Assembly: GCA_964016885.1 (NCBI GenBank) | Contig: OZ024745.1 | Location: 7,130,001-7,194,000 of the forward strand | Source of the DNA: Eledone cirrhosa | Taxonomy: Eukaryota | Direction of reading: 5' to 3' | DNA: 64,000 nucleotides | Shown here: positions 1-15,000 of the stretch, piece after piece | Position numbering within the stretch: the stretch's first letter is position 1 | Layout of the letters: every line of letters starts with the position of its first letter | Program-made: the position numbers and the translations under genes | The notes under the pieces: model-generated | Database searches by the model: none | What the model was told of the DNA's origin: nothing | What the model saw: only the letters and a program-made list of their open reading frames with translations

Positions 1-3000
1 AGTAGCATGAAGGTCTGCTAGAATGATAGAGTGGTTAGAAGGTTAGATACAAAGGTAGAGTGGTTAGAATGTCAGATAGAATGGTTGAGTTGTTAGAACG
101 TCAGATAGAATGGTAGAGTGGCTAGAAGGACAGATACAATGATAGAGTGCTTAGAACGTCAGATAGAATGGTAGAGTGGTTATGACGTCAGATAGATTGG
201 TAGAGTGGTTTGAACGTCAGATAGAATGGGAGAGGTGGTTAAAACGTCAGATAGAATGGTAGAGTTGTTAGAACGTCAGATAGAATGGTAGAGTGGTTAT
301 AACGTCAGACAGAATGGTAGAGTGGTTACAACCTCTGATATAATGGTAGAGTTGTTAGAACGTCAGATAGAAAGGTAGAGTGGTTAGACAGTCAGATAGA
401 ATGGTAGAGTGGTTAGAACGTCACATAGAATGCTAAAGTCATTAGAACGTCAGATAGGATAGTAGATTTGTTAGAACGTCAGATAGAGTGGTACAGTGGT
501 TAGAACGTCAGATAGAGTGGTAGAGCGGCTAGAACGACAGATAGAATGGTAGAGTGGTTAGAACGTAAGATAGAATGGTAGATTTGTTATAACCTTCAGA
601 TAGAATGGTAGAGTGGTTAGAAGGTCAGATAGAATGGTAGAGTGGTTAGAACATAGGAGAGAATGGTATTGTGGTTAGAAGGTCAGATAGAATGGTAGAG
701 TGGTTAAAACGTCAGATAGAATGGTAGAGTGGTTAAAAGGTCAGAGAGAATGGTAGAGTTGTTAGAACGTCAGTTAGAATGGTAGAGTGGTTAAAACGTC
801 AGATAGAATGGTAGAGTGGTTAAAAGGTCAGATAGAATGGTAGTGTGGTTAAAAGGTGAGATAGAATGGTAGAGTGTTTAGAACGTCAGATATAATGGTA
901 AAGTCGTTAGAACGTCAGATAGAATGGTAGAGGTGTTATTACGTCAGATAGAATGGTAGAGGGGTTATAACGTCAGATAGAATGGTAGTGTTGTTAGAAC
1001 GTCAGATAGAATTGTAGAGTGGTTATAACGTCAGATAGAATGGTAGAGTGGTTATAAAGTTACATAGAATGGTAGACTTGTTAGAACGTCAGATAGAATG
1101 GTAGAGAGGTTATAACGTCAGATAGAATGGTAGAGTGGTTAGAACGTCAGATAGAATGGTAGAGTCGTCAGAACGTCAGATAGAATGATAAAGTGGTTAG
1201 AACGTCAGCTAGAATGGTAGAGTAGTTAGAAAGTCAGATAGAATGGTAGAGCTGTTTGAACGTCAGATAGAATGGTAGGGCGGTTATATGGTCAGATAGA
1301 ATGGTAGAGTGGTTTGAAGGTCAGATAGAATGGTAGGGAGGTTAGAAGGTCAGATAGAATGGTAGAGTTGTTAGAAGGTCAGATAGAACAGTTGAGTTGT
1401 TAGAACGTCAGATAGAATGGTAGAGTGGCTAGAAGGACAGATACAATGATAGAGTGGTTAGAATGTCAGATAGAATGGTAGAGTTGTTAGAACGTCAGAT
1501 AGAATGGTAGAGTGGTTAGAACGTAAGATAGAATAGTAGAGTAGCATGAAGGTCTGCTAGAATGATAGAGTGGTTAGAAGGTTAGATACAAAGGTAGAGT
1601 GGTTAGAATGTCAGATAGAATGGTTGAGTTGTTAGAACGTCAGATAGAATGGTAGAGTGGCTAGAAGGACAGATACAATGATAGAGTGCTTAGAACGTCA
1701 GATAGAATGGTAGAGTGGTTATGACGTCAGATAGATTGGTAGAGTGGTTTGAACGTCAGATAGAATGGGAGAGGTGGTTAGAACGTCAGATAGAATGGTA
1801 GAGTTGTTAGAACGTCAGATAGAATGGTAGAGTGGTTACAACCTCTGATATAATGGTAGAGTGGTTAGAACGTCAGATAGAATGGTAGAATGACTAGAAG
1901 GTCTGCTAGAATGGTAGAGTTGTTAGAACGTCAGATAGAATGGTAGAGTCATTAGCACGTCAGATAGAATGATAGAGTCGTTAGAATGTCAGACAGAGTA
2001 GTAGAGTGGTTAGGAGGTCAGATAGAATGGTACAGTGGTTAGAACGTCACATAGAATGGTAGATGTGTTATAACGTCAGATAGAATGGTAGAGTTGTTAG
2101 AACGTCAGATAGAATAGTAGCGTGATTAGAAGGTCAGATAGAATGGGAGAGTGGTTAGAAGGGCAGATAGAATGTTAGAGTGGTTTGAACGTCAGATAGA
2201 GTGGTACAGTGGTTAGAACGTCAGATAGAACGTTAGAGTGGTTAGAACGTCAGATAGAATGGTAGAGTGGTTAGAATGTCAGATAGAATGGTAGATTGGA
2301 TAGAAGGTCAGATAGAATGGTAGAGTGCTTAGAAAGTCAGATAGAATGGTAGTGTTGTTAGACCGTCAGATAGAATGGTAGAGTGGTTATAACGTCAGAT
2401 AGAATTGTAGAGTTGTTAGAGCGTCAGATAGAATTGTAGAGTGATTATAACGTCAGATAGAATGGTACAGTGGTCATAGCGTCAGATAGAATGGTAGAGT
2501 GGTTAGAAGGTCAGATAGAATGGTAGAGTGGTTATCACGTCAGATAGAATGGAAGAGTTGTTAGAACGCCAGATAGAATGGTAGAGTTGTTAGAAGGTCA
2601 GATAGAACGGTTGAGTTGTTAGAACGTCGGATAGAATGGTAGAGTGGTTAGAACGTCAGATCGAATGGTAGAGTAGCTAGAAGGTCTGCTAGAATGGTAG
2701 AGTGGTTAGAAGGTTAGATAGAAAGGTAGAGTGGTTAGAACGTCACATAGAATGGTAAAGTTGTTAGAACATACGATAGAATGGTAGAGTTGTTATAACG
2801 TCAGATAGAATAGTAGAGGGGTTATAACGTCAGATAGAAAGGTAGAGTTGTTAGAACGTCAAATAGAATGTTAGAGGGGTTATAACGTCAGATAGAATGG
2901 TAGAGTGGTTATAACGTCAGATAGAATGGTAGAGTGATTATAACGTCAGATAGAATGGTAGAGTTGTTAGAACGTCAGATAGAAAGGTAGAGTGGTTAGA

Positions 3001-6000
3001 CAGTCAGATAGAATGGTAGAGTTATTAGAACGTCACATAGAATGCTAAAGTCATTAGAACGTCAGATAGGATAGTAGATTTGTTAGAACGTCAGATAGAG
3101 TGGTACAGTGGTTAGAACGTCAGATAGAGTGGTAGAGCGGCTAGAACGACAGATAGAATGGTAGAGTGGTTAGAACGTAAGATAGAATGGTAGATTTGTT
3201 ATAACGTCAGATAGAATGGTAGAGTGGTTAGAACATCAAATAGAATGGTAGAGTTGTTAGAACGTCAGATAGAATGGTAGATTCGTTAGAACGTCAGATA
3301 GAATGGTAGAGTGGTTAGAAGGTCAGATAGAATGGTAGAGTGGTTAGAACATAGGAGAGAATGGTATTGTGGTTAGAAGGTCAGATAGAATGGTAGAGTG
3401 GTTAAAACGTCAGATAGAATGGTAGAGTGGTTAAAAGGTCAGAGAGAATGGTAGAGTTGTTAGAACGTCAGTTAGAATGGTAGAGTGGTTAAAACGTCAG
3501 ATAGAATGGTAGAGTGGTTAAAAGGTCAGATAGAATGGTAGTGTGGTTAAAAGGTGAGATAGAATGGTAGAGTGTTTAGAACGTCAGATATAATGGTAAA
3601 GTCGTTAGAACGTCAGATAGAATGGTAGAGGTGTTATTACGTCAGATAGAATGGTAGAGGGGTTATAACGTCAGATAGAATGGTAGTGTTGTTAGAACGT
3701 CAGATAGAATTGTAGAGTGGTTATAACGTCAGATAGAATGGTAGAGTGGTTATAAAGTTACATAGAATGGTAGACTTGTTAGAACGTCAGATAGAATGGT
3801 AGAGAGGTTATAACGTCAGATAGAATGGTAGAGTGGTTAGAACGTCAGATAGAATGGTAGAGTCGTCAGAACGTCAGATAGAATGATAAAGTGGTTAGAA
3901 CGTCAGCTAGAATGGTAGAGTAGTTAGAAAGTCAGATAGAATGGTAGAGCTGTTTGAACGTCGGATAGAATGGTAGGGCGGTTATATGGTCAGATAGAAT
4001 GGTAGAGTGGTTTGAAGGTCAGATAGAATGGTAGGGAGGTTAGAAGGTCAGATAGAATGGTAGAGTTGTTAGAAGGTCAGATAGAACAGTTGAGTTGTTA
4101 GAACGTCAGATAGAATGGTAGAGTGGTTAGAACGTCAGATAGAATGGTAGAGTAGCTAGAAGGTCTGCTAGAATGGTAGAGTGGTTAGAAGTTTAGATAG
4201 AAAGGTAGAGTGGTTAGAACGTCACATAGAATGGTAAAGTCGTTAGAACATAAGATAGAATGGTCGAGTTGTTATAACGTCAGATAGAATGGTAGAGGGG
4301 TTATAACGTCAGATAGAATGGTAGAGTTGTTAGAACGTCAGATAGAATATTAGAGGGGTTATAACGTTAGATAGAATGGTAGAGTTGATAGAACGTCAGA
4401 TAGAATAGTAGAGTGGTTAGAAGGTCAGATATAATGGTAGAGTGGTTAGAAGGTCAGATAGAATGTTAGAGTGGTTTGAACGTCAGATAGAATGGTAGAG
4501 TGGTTAGAATGTCAGACAGAGTGGTAGAGTGGTTAGAACGTCAGATAGAGGTACAGTGGATAGAACGTCAGATAGAATGGTAGAGTGGTTAGAATGTCAG
4601 ATAGAATTGTAGATTGGATAGAAGGTCAGATAGAATGGTAGAGTTGTTAGAAAGTCAGATAGAATGGTAGTGTTTTTAGACCGTCAGATAGAATGGTATA
4701 GTGGTTATAAAGTCAGATAGAATGGTAGAGTTGTTAGAACGTCAGATAGAATTGTAGAGTGATTATAACGTCAGATAGAATGGTAGAGTGGTTATAACGT
4801 CAGATAGAATGGTAGGGTGGTTATAACGTCAGATAGAATGGTAGAGTGGTTATAATGTCAGATTAATGGTAGAGTGGTTATCACGTCAGATAGAGTGGTA
4901 GAGTGGTTAAAAGGTCAGATAGAATGGTAGAGTTGTTAGAACGCCAGATAGAATGGTAGAGTGGTTAGAAGGTCAGATAGAATGGCAGAGTGGTTATAAC
5001 GTCAGATAGAATGGTAGAGTTGTTAGGTCAGATAGAACGGTTGAGTTATTAGAACGTCAGATAGAATGGTAGAGTGGCTAGAAGGTCTACTAGAATGGTA
5101 GAGTGGTTAGAAGGTTAGATAGAAAGGTAGAGTGGTTAGAACGGCACATAGAATGGTAAAGTTGTTAGAACATAACATTGAATGGTAGAGTTGTTATAAC
5201 GTCAGATAGAATGGTAGAGGGGTTATAACGTCAGATAGAATGGTAGTGTTGTTAGAACGTCAGATAGAATGGTAGAGGAGTTACAACGTCAGATAGAATC
5301 GTAGAGTGGTTATAACGTCAGATAGAATGGAAGAGTGGTTAGACGGTCAGATAGAATGGTAGAGTAGTTAGAACGTCACATAGAATGCTAAAGTCATTAG
5401 AACGTCAGATAGGATAGTAGATTTGTTAGAACGTCAGATAGAGTGGTACAGTGGTTAGAACGTCAGATAGAATGGTAGAGTTGTTAGAACGTCAGTTAGA
5501 ATGGTAGAGTGATTAGAACGTCAGATAAAATAGTAGAGTGGTTAAAACGTTAGATAGAATGGTAGTGTGGTTAAAAGGTCAGATAGAATGATAGAGTGGT
5601 TAGAATGTCAGATAGAATGGTAAAGTCGTTAGAACGTTAGATAGAATGGTAGAGGGGTTATAACGTCAGATAGAATGGTAGTGTTGTTAGAACGTCAGAT
5701 AGAATTGTAGAGTGGTTATAGCGTCAGATAGAATGGTAGAGTGGTTAGAAAGTCAGATAGAATGGTAGAGTGGTTAGAACGTCAGATAGAATGGTACAGT
5801 CGTTAGAACGTCAGATAGGATAGTAGATTTGTTAGAACGTCAGATAGAGTGGTACAGTGGTTAAACGTCAGATAGAATGGTAGAGTGGTTAGAACGTCAG
5901 ATGAAATGGTAGAGTCGATGGAACCACAGATAAAATGGTAGAGTTGTTAGAATGTCAGATAGAATGGTAGATTGGATAGAAGGACAGATAGAATAGTAGT

Positions 6001-9000
6001 GTGGTTAGAACGTCAGATAGAATGGTAGAGTCGTCAGAACGTCAGATAGAGTCGTCAGAACGTCAGATAGAATGATAAAGTGGTTAGAACGTCAGCTAGA
6101 ATGGTGGAGTAGTTAGAAAGTCAGATAGAATGGTAGAGTTGTTAGAACGTCAGATAGAATGGTAGAGTGGTTAGAAGGTCAGATAGAATGGTTGAGTTGT
6201 TAGAACGTCATATAGAATGGTAGAGTGGTTAGAAAGTCAAATAGAATGGTAGAGTAGCATGAAGGTCTGCTAGAATGGTAGAGTAGTTAAAGGGTTAGAT
6301 ACAAAGGTAGAGTGGTTAGAATTTCAGACAGAATGGTAGAGTTGTTAGAACGTCAGATAGAATGGTAGAGTGGTTAGAACGTCACATAAAATGTTAAAGA
6401 CGTAAGAACGTCAGATAGAATGGTAGAGTGGCTAGAAGGTCAGCTAGAATGGTAGTGTGGTTAGAACGTCAGATAGAATGGTAGCGTGGTTATAACGTCA
6501 GATAGAATGGTAGAGTGGTTATAACGTCAAATAGAATGGTAGAGTGGTTAGAACGTCAGATAGAATGATAGAGTGGCTAGAAGGTCTGCCAGAATGGTAG
6601 AGTGGTTAGAACGTCAGTTAGAATGGTAGAGTCGTTAAAACGTCAGATAGAATGGTAGAGTCGTTAGAATCTCAGACAGAGTGGTAGAGTTGTAAGGAGG
6701 TCAGATAGAATGGTAGAGGGGTTATAACGTCAGATAGAATGGTAGAGTTGTTAGAACGTCAGACAGAGTGGTAGAGTGTTTAGAACGTCAGATAGAGTGG
6801 TACAGTGGTTAGAACGTCAGATAGAATGTTAGAGTGGTTAGAAGGTCAGATAGAATGGTAGATTGGATAGAAGGTCAGATAGAATGATAGAGTTGTTAGA
6901 AAGTCAGATAGAATGGTAGTGTTGTTAGACCGTCAGATAGAATGGTAGAGTGCTTATAACGTCAGATAGAATGGTAGAGTTGTTAGAACGTTAGATAGAA
7001 TTGTAGAGTGGTTATAACGTAAGATAGAATGGTAGAGTGGTTAGAACGTCAGATAGAATGGTAGAGTGGTTATAACGTCAGATAGAATGGTAGAGTGGTT
7101 ATCACGTCAGATAGAATGTTAGAGTTGTTAGAACGCCAGACAGAATGGTAGAGTGGTTAGAATGTCAGATAGAATGGTAGAATTGTTGGAACGTCAGATA
7201 AAATGGTAGAGTGGTTAGAAGGTCAGATAGAATGGTAGACTGGTTAGAACGTCAGATAGAATGGTAGAGTGGTTAGAAGGTCAGATAGAATGGTAGAGTG
7301 GTTAAAACGTCAGATAGAATATAAGGTGGTTAGAATGTCAGATAGAATGGTAGAGATGTTAGAACGTCAGATAAAATGGTAGAGTCGTTAATACGTCAGA
7401 TAGAATGGTAGTGTGGTTAGAAGGTCAGATAGAATGGTAGAGTGATTAGAACGTCACATAGAATGGTAAAGTCGTTAGAACGTCAGATAGAATGGTAGAG
7501 GTGTTATAACGTCAGATAGAATGGTAGAGGGGTTATAACCTCAGATAGAATGGTAGTGTTGTTAGAACGTCAGATAGAATTGTAGAGTAGTTATAACGTC
7601 AGATAGAATGGTAGAGTAGCTAGAAGGTCTGCTAGAATGGTATAGTGGTTAGAAGGTAAGATAAAAAGGTAGAGTGGTTAGAACATCACATAGAATGGTA
7701 AAGTCGTTAGAACGTCAGATAGAATGGTAGAGTTGTTACAACGTCAGATAGAATGGTAGAGTGCTTATAACGTCAGATAGAATGGTAGAGTTGTTAGAAC
7801 GTTAGATAGAATTGTAGAGTGGTTATAACGTCAGATAGAATGGTAGTGTGGTTAGAACGTCAGATAGAATGGTAGAGTGGTTATAACGTCAGATAGAATG
7901 GTAGAGTGGTTATCACGTCAGATAGAATGGTAGAGTGATTATAACGTCAGATAGAATGGTACAGTTGTTAGAACGGCAGATAGAATTGTAGAGTGGTTAT
8001 AACGTCAGATAGAATGGTAGAGTAGCTAGAAGGTCTGCTAGAATGGTATAGTGGTTAGAAGGTTAGATAGAAAGGTAGAGTTGTTAGAACGTCACATAGA
8101 ATGGTAAAGTCGTTAGAACGTCAGATAGAATGGTAGAGGGGATATAACGTCAGATAGAATAGTAGAGTTGTTAGAACATCAGATAGAATTGTAGAGGGGT
8201 TATAACGTCAAATAGAATGGTAGGGTGGTTATAACGTCAGATAGAATGGTAGAGTGATTATAACGTCAGATAGAATGGTAGAGTTGTTAGAACGGCAGAT
8301 AGAATGGTAGAGTGGTTAGAAGGTCAGATAGAATGGTAGAGTGGTTAGAACGTCACATAGAATGGTAAAGTCGTTAGAACGTCAGATAGAATGGTAGAGT
8401 GGCTAGAAGGACAGATAGAATGGTACAGTGGTTAGAGCGGCAGATAGAATGGTAGGGTGGCTAGAAGGTCAGCTAGAATGGTAGTGTGTTAGAACATCAG
8501 AGAGAATGGTAGAATGGTTATAACGTCAGATAGAATTGTAGAGTGGTTACAACGTCTGATATAATGGTAGAGTGGTTAGAAGGTCAGGTAGAATGGGAGA
8601 GTGGTTAGAACGTCAGATAGAATGGTAAAGTCGTTAGAACGTCAGGTAGAATGGTAGAGGTGTTATAACGTCAGATAGAATGGTAGAGGGGTTATAACGT
8701 CAGATAGAATGGTAGAGGGGTTATAACGTCAGATAGAATGGTAGTGTTGTTAGAACGTCAGATAGAATGGTAGAGGGGTTACAACGTCAGATAGAATCGT
8801 AGAGTGATTATAACGTCAGATAGAATGGAAGAGTGGTTAGACGGTCAGATAGAATGGTAGAGTAGTTAGAACGTCAGATAGAATGGTAGGGTTGTTTGAA
8901 CGTCAGATAGAATGGTAGAGTCGTTAGAACATCAGATAGAGTGGTAGAGTGGTTAGAACGTCAGATAGAATGGTACAGTGGTTAGAAAGTCAGATAGAAT

Positions 9001-12000
9001 GATAGAGTTGTTAGAACGTCAGATAGAATGGTAGAGTTGTTAGAACGTCAGATGAAATGGTAGTGTTGTTAGAACGTCAGATAGAATAGTAGAGTGGTTA
9101 GAATGTCAGATAGAATGGTAGAGTGGTTATAACGTCAGATAGAATGGTAGAGTGGTTATCACGTCAGATAGAATGTTAGAGTTGTTAGAACGCCAGACAG
9201 AATGGTAGAGTGGTTAGAATGTCAGATAGAATGGTAGAATTGTTGGAACGTCAGATAAAATGGTAGAGTGGTTAGAAGGTCAGATAGAATGGTAGACTGG
9301 TTAGAACGTCAGATAGAATGGTAGAGTGGTTAGAAGGTCAGATAGAATGGTAGAGTGGTTAAAACGTCAGATAGAATATAAGGTGGTTAGAATGTCAAAT
9401 AGAATGGTAGAGTTGTTAGAACGTCAGATAGAATGGTAGAGAGGTTAGAACGTCAGATAAAATGGTAGAGTCGTTAATACGTCAGATAGAATGGTAGTGT
9501 GGTTAGAAGGTCAGATAGAATGGTAGAGTGATTAGAACGTCACATAGAATGGTAAAGTCGTTAGAACGTCAGATAGAATGGTAGAGGTGTTATAACGTCA
9601 GATAGAATGGTAGAGGGGTTATAACGTCAGATAGAATGGTAGTGTTGTTAGAACGTCAGATAGAATTGTAGAGTAGTTATAACGTCAGATAGAATGGTAG
9701 AGTAGCTAGAAGGTCTGCTAGAATGGTATAGTGGTTAGAAGGTTAGATAAAAAGGTAGAGTGGTTAGAACATCACATAGAATGGTAAAGTCGTTAGAACG
9801 TCAGATAGAATGGTAGAGTTGTTACAACGTCAGATAGAATGGTAGAGTCCTTATAACGTCAGATAGAATGGTAGAGTTGTTAGAACGTTAGATAGAATTG
9901 TAGAGTGGTTATAACGTCAGATAGAATGGTAGAGTGGTTAGAACGTCAGATAGAATGGTAGAGTGGTTATAACGTCAGATAGAATGGTAGAGTGGTTATC
10001 ACGTCAGATAGAATGGTAGAGTGATTATAACGTCAGATAGAATAGTAGAGTTGTTAGAACGGCAGATAGAATTGTAGAGTGGTTATAACGTCAGATAGAA
10101 TGGTAGAGTAGCTAGAAGGTCTGCTAGAATGGTATAGTGGTTAGAAGGTTAGATAGAAAGGTAGAGTTGTTAGAACGTCACATAGAATGGTAAAGTCGTT
10201 AGAACGTCAGATAGAATGGTAGAGGGGATATAACGTCAGATAGAATAGTAGAGTTGTTAGAACATCAGATAGAATTGTAGAGGGGTTATAACGTCAGATA
10301 GAATGGTAGGGTGGTTATAACGTCAGATAGAATGGTAGAGTGATTATAACGTCAGATAGAATGGTAGAGTTGTTAGAACGGCAGATAGAATGGTAGAGTG
10401 GTTAGAAGGTCAGATAGAATGGTAGAGTGGTTAGAACGTCACATAGAATGGTAAAGTCGTTAGAACGTCAGATAGAATGGTAGAGTGGCTAGAAGGACAG
10501 ATAGAATGGTACAGTGGTTAGAGCGGCAGATAGAATGGTAGGGTGGCTAGAAGGTCAGCTAGAATGGTTGTGTGTTAGAACATCAGAGAGAATGGTAGAA
10601 TGGTTATAACGTCAGATAGAATTGTAGAGTGGTTACAACGTCTGATATAATGGTAGAGTGGTTAGAAGGTCAGGTAGAATGGGAGAGTGGTTAGAACGTC
10701 AGATAGAATGGTAAAGTCGTTAGAACGTCAGGTAGAATGGTAGAGGTGTTATAACGTCAGATAGAATGGTAGAGGGGTTATAACGTCAGATAGAATGGTA
10801 GAGGGATTATAACGTCAGATAGAATGGTAGTGTTGTTAGAACGTCAGATAGAATGGTAGAGGGGTTACAACGTCAGATAGAATCGTAGAGTGATTATAAC
10901 GTCAGATAGAATGGAAGAGTGGTTAGACGGTCAGATAGAATGGTAGAGTAGTTAGAACGTCAGATAGAATGGTAGGGTTGTTTGAACGTCAGATAGAATG
11001 GTAGAGTCGTTAGAACATCAGATAGAGTGGTAGAGTGGTTAGAACGTCAGATAGAATGGTACAGTGGTTAGAAAGTCAGATAGAATGATAGAGTTGTTAG
11101 AACGTCAGATAGAATGGTAGAGTTGTTAGAACGTCAGATGAAATGGTAGTGTTGTTAGAACGTCAGATAGAATAGTAGAGTGGTTAGAATGTCAGATAGA
11201 ATGGTAGATTGGATAAGTGGTCAGATAGAATGGTAGAGTGGTTAGAAGGTTAGATAGAATGGTAGAGTGGTTTGAACGTCAGATAGAATTGTAGGGCGGT
11301 TATAAGGTCAGATAGAATGGTAGAGGGGTTACAACGTGAGATAGAATACTAGAGTGGATATAACGTCAGTTAGAATGGTAGAGTGGTTAGAACGTCAGAT
11401 AGAATGATAGAGTGTTTAGAACGTCAGGTAGAATGATAGAGTTGTTAGAACGTCAGATAAAATGGTACAGTGGTTATAACGTCAGATAGAATGGTAGAGT
11501 GGCTAGAAGGTATGATTGAATGGTAGAGTGGTTAGAAGGTCAGATAGAATGGAAGAGTCGTCAGAACGTCAGGTAAAACGGTATTGTTGTTAGAACGTCA
11601 GATAGAATGGTAGAGTGGTTAGAACGTCAGATAGAATGGTAGAGTGGTTAGAACGTCAGATAGAATGGTAGAGTGGTTAGAAGGTTACATAGAAAGGTAG
11701 AGTGGATAGAATGTCAGATAGAATGTTAGAGTTGTTAGAACGTCAGATAGAATGGTAGAGTGGTTATAAAGTCAGATAGAATGGTAGAGTGGTTATAACG
11801 TCAGATATAATGGTAAAGTGGTTAGAACGTCACATATATTGGCAAAGTCGTTAGAACGTCAGATAGAATGGTAGAGTGGCTAGAACGATAGATAGAATGG
11901 TAGAGTGGTTAGAACGTAAGATAGAATGTTAGAGTGGCTAGGACTTCAGCTAGAATGGTAGAGTGGTTAGAACTTCAAATAGAATGGTAGATTTTATAGA

Positions 12001-15000
12001 ACGTCAGATAGAATGGTAGAGTGGTTAAAAGATCAGATAGAATGGTAGAGTGGTTAGAACGTAAGATAGAATGGTAGGGTGGCTAGAAGGTCAGCTAGAA
12101 TGGTAGAGTGGTTATGACGTCAGATAGATTGGTAGAGTGGTTAGAACGTAGATAAAATGGTAGAGTAGTTAGAACGTCAGATAGAATGGTAGAGTCGTCA
12201 GAACGTCAGATAGAATGGTAGAGTGGTTAGAACGTCAGATAGAATGGTAGATTAGTTAGAAGGTCAGATAGAATGTTAGAGTGGTTAGAAGGTCAGATAG
12301 AATGGTAGAGTGGTTAGAACGTCAGATAGAGTGGTAGAGTGGTTAAAAGGTCAGATAGAATGGTAGAGTGCTTAGAACGTCAGATAGAATGGTAGAGTGG
12401 CTAGAAGGTCTGATAGAATGGCAGAGTGGTTAGGTCAGATAGAATGGTAAAGTGGTTATAATGTCAGATAGAATGGTAGAGTTGTTAAAATGTCAGATAA
12501 AATGGTAGTGTGGTTAGAACGTTAGATAGAATGGTAGAGTCGTTAAAATGTCATGCATAGTGGTAGAGTGGTTAGAAGGTCAGATAGAATGGTAGAGTTC
12601 TTAGAACGTCAGATAGAATGGTAGAGTGGTTAGGTCAGATAGAATGGTAGAGTTGTTAGAATGTCAGATAGAATGGTAGAGTGGCTAGAAGGTTAGATAG
12701 AATGGTAGAGTGGTTAGAAGGTCAGATAGAATGGTAGAGAGGTGAGAACGTCTGATAGAATGCTAGAGTGGTTAGAACGTCAGATAGAAGAATAGTAGAG
12801 TGGTTAGAATGTCAGATAGAATGGTAGAGTCGTCAGAACGTCAGATAGATTGGTAGAGTCGCTAGAACGTTAGATACAATGGTAGAATGGTTTGAAGGTC
12901 AGGTAGAATGGTAGCGTGGTTAGAATGTCAGATAGAATGGTAGAGTTGTTAGAACGTCAGATAGAATGGTCGAGGGGTTATAACGTCAGATAGAATGGTA
13001 GAGTGGTTATAACGTCAGATAGAATGGTAGAGTGTTTATAACGTTAGGTAGAGTGGTAGAGTGGTTAGAACGTCAGATACAATCGTAGTTGTTTGAACGT
13101 GAAATAGAATGGTAGGGTGGTTAGAACGTCAGATAGAATGGTAGAGTTGTTAGAACGTCAGATAGAATTGTAAAGTGGTTTGAACGTCAGATAGATTGGT
13201 AGAGTGGTTAGAACATCAGATAGAATGGTAGAGTGGTTAGAACGTCAGCTAGAATGATATAGTGGTTAGAACGTCAGATAGAATGGTATAGTGGTTAGAA
13301 CGTCAGATAGAATGGTAGAGTCGTTAGAATGTCAGATAGAGTGGTAGAGTGGTTATAATGTCAGATAGAATGGTAGAGTGTTTATAACGTTAGGTAGAGT
13401 GGTAGAGTGGTTAGAACGTCAGATACAATCGTAGTTGTTTGAACGTGAAATAGAATGGTTGGGTGGTTAGAACGTCACATAGAATGGTAAAGTCGTTAGA
13501 ACGTCAGATAGAATGGTAGAGTGGTTAGAACATCAAATAGAATGGTAGAGTGGTTAGAACGTCAGATAGAATGGTAGAGTGGTTAGAGCGTCAGATAGAA
13601 TGGTAGGGAGGCTAGAGTCAGCTAGAATGGTAGAGTGGTTATGACGTCAGATAGAATGGTAGAGTGGTTAGAACGTCAGATAGAATGGTAGAGTGGGTAT
13701 GACGTCAGATAGAATGGGAGAGTCGCTAGAACGTTAGATACAATGGTAGAATGGTTAGAAGGTCAGGTAGAATGGTAGAGTGGTTAGAATGACAGATAGA
13801 ATGGTAGAGTTGTTAGAACGTCAGATAGAATGGTAGAGTGGTTATAACGTCAGATAGAATGGTAGAGTGGCTACAACGTCTGATAGAATGGTAGAGTGTT
13901 TAGAAGGTCAGATAGAATGGTAGAGTGGTTAGAACGTCAGATAGAATGGTAGAGGCGTTAGAATGTCAGATAGAATGGTAGAGTGGTTATAACGTCAGAT
14001 AGAATGGTAGATTTCTTAGAACATCAGATAGAATGGTACAGTGGTTATAACTTCTGATAGAATGGTAGAGTGGTTATAACGTCAGATAGAATGGTAGAGT
14101 GGCTACAACGTCTGATAGAATGGTAGAGTGTTTAGAAGGTCAGATAGAATGGTAGAGTGGTTAGAACGTCAGATAGAATGGTAGAGGCGTTAGAATGTCA
14201 GATAGAATGATAGAGTGGTTATAACGTCAATTAGAATGGTAGAGTGGTTATAATGTCAGATAGAATGGTAGAGTTGTTAGAATGTCAGATAAAATGGTAG
14301 TGTGGTTAGAACGTTAGATAGAATGGTAGAGTCGTTAGAATGTCATACATAGTGGTAGAGTGGTTAGAAGGTCAGATAGAATGGTAGAGTTGTTAGAACG
14401 TCAGATCGAATGGTAGGGTGGTTAGGTCAGATCGAATGGTAGAGTGGTTAGAACGTCAGAAAGAATGGTAGAGTTGTTAGAAGGTCAGATAGAATGGTAG
14501 AATGGTTAGAACGTCTGATTGAATGTGAGAGTGGTTAGAACGTCAGATAGAATAGTAGAGTGTTTACAACGTCAGATAGATTGGTAGAGTCGCTAGCACG
14601 TTAGATAGAATGGTAGAGTGGTTAGAAGGTCAGGTAGAATGGTAGAGTCGTTAGAATGTGAGATAGAATGGTAGGGTTGTTAGAACGTCAGATAGAATGG
14701 TAGAGGTGTTATAACGTCAGATAGAGTGGTAGAGTCGTTAGAATGTCAGATAGAGTGGTCGAGTTGTTATAATGTCAGATAAAATGGTATTGTGGTTAGA
14801 ACGTCAGATAGAATGGTAGGGTCGTTAGAATGTCAGACAGAGTGGTAGAGTCGTTAGAAGGTCACATAGAATGGAACAATAGTTAGAAGGACAGCTAGAA
14901 TGGTAGTGGTTAGAACGTCAGCTAGAATGGTAGAGTTTTTCGAACGTCAGATAGAATGGTACAGTTGTTAGAACGTCAGATAGAATGATAGAGTCGTTAG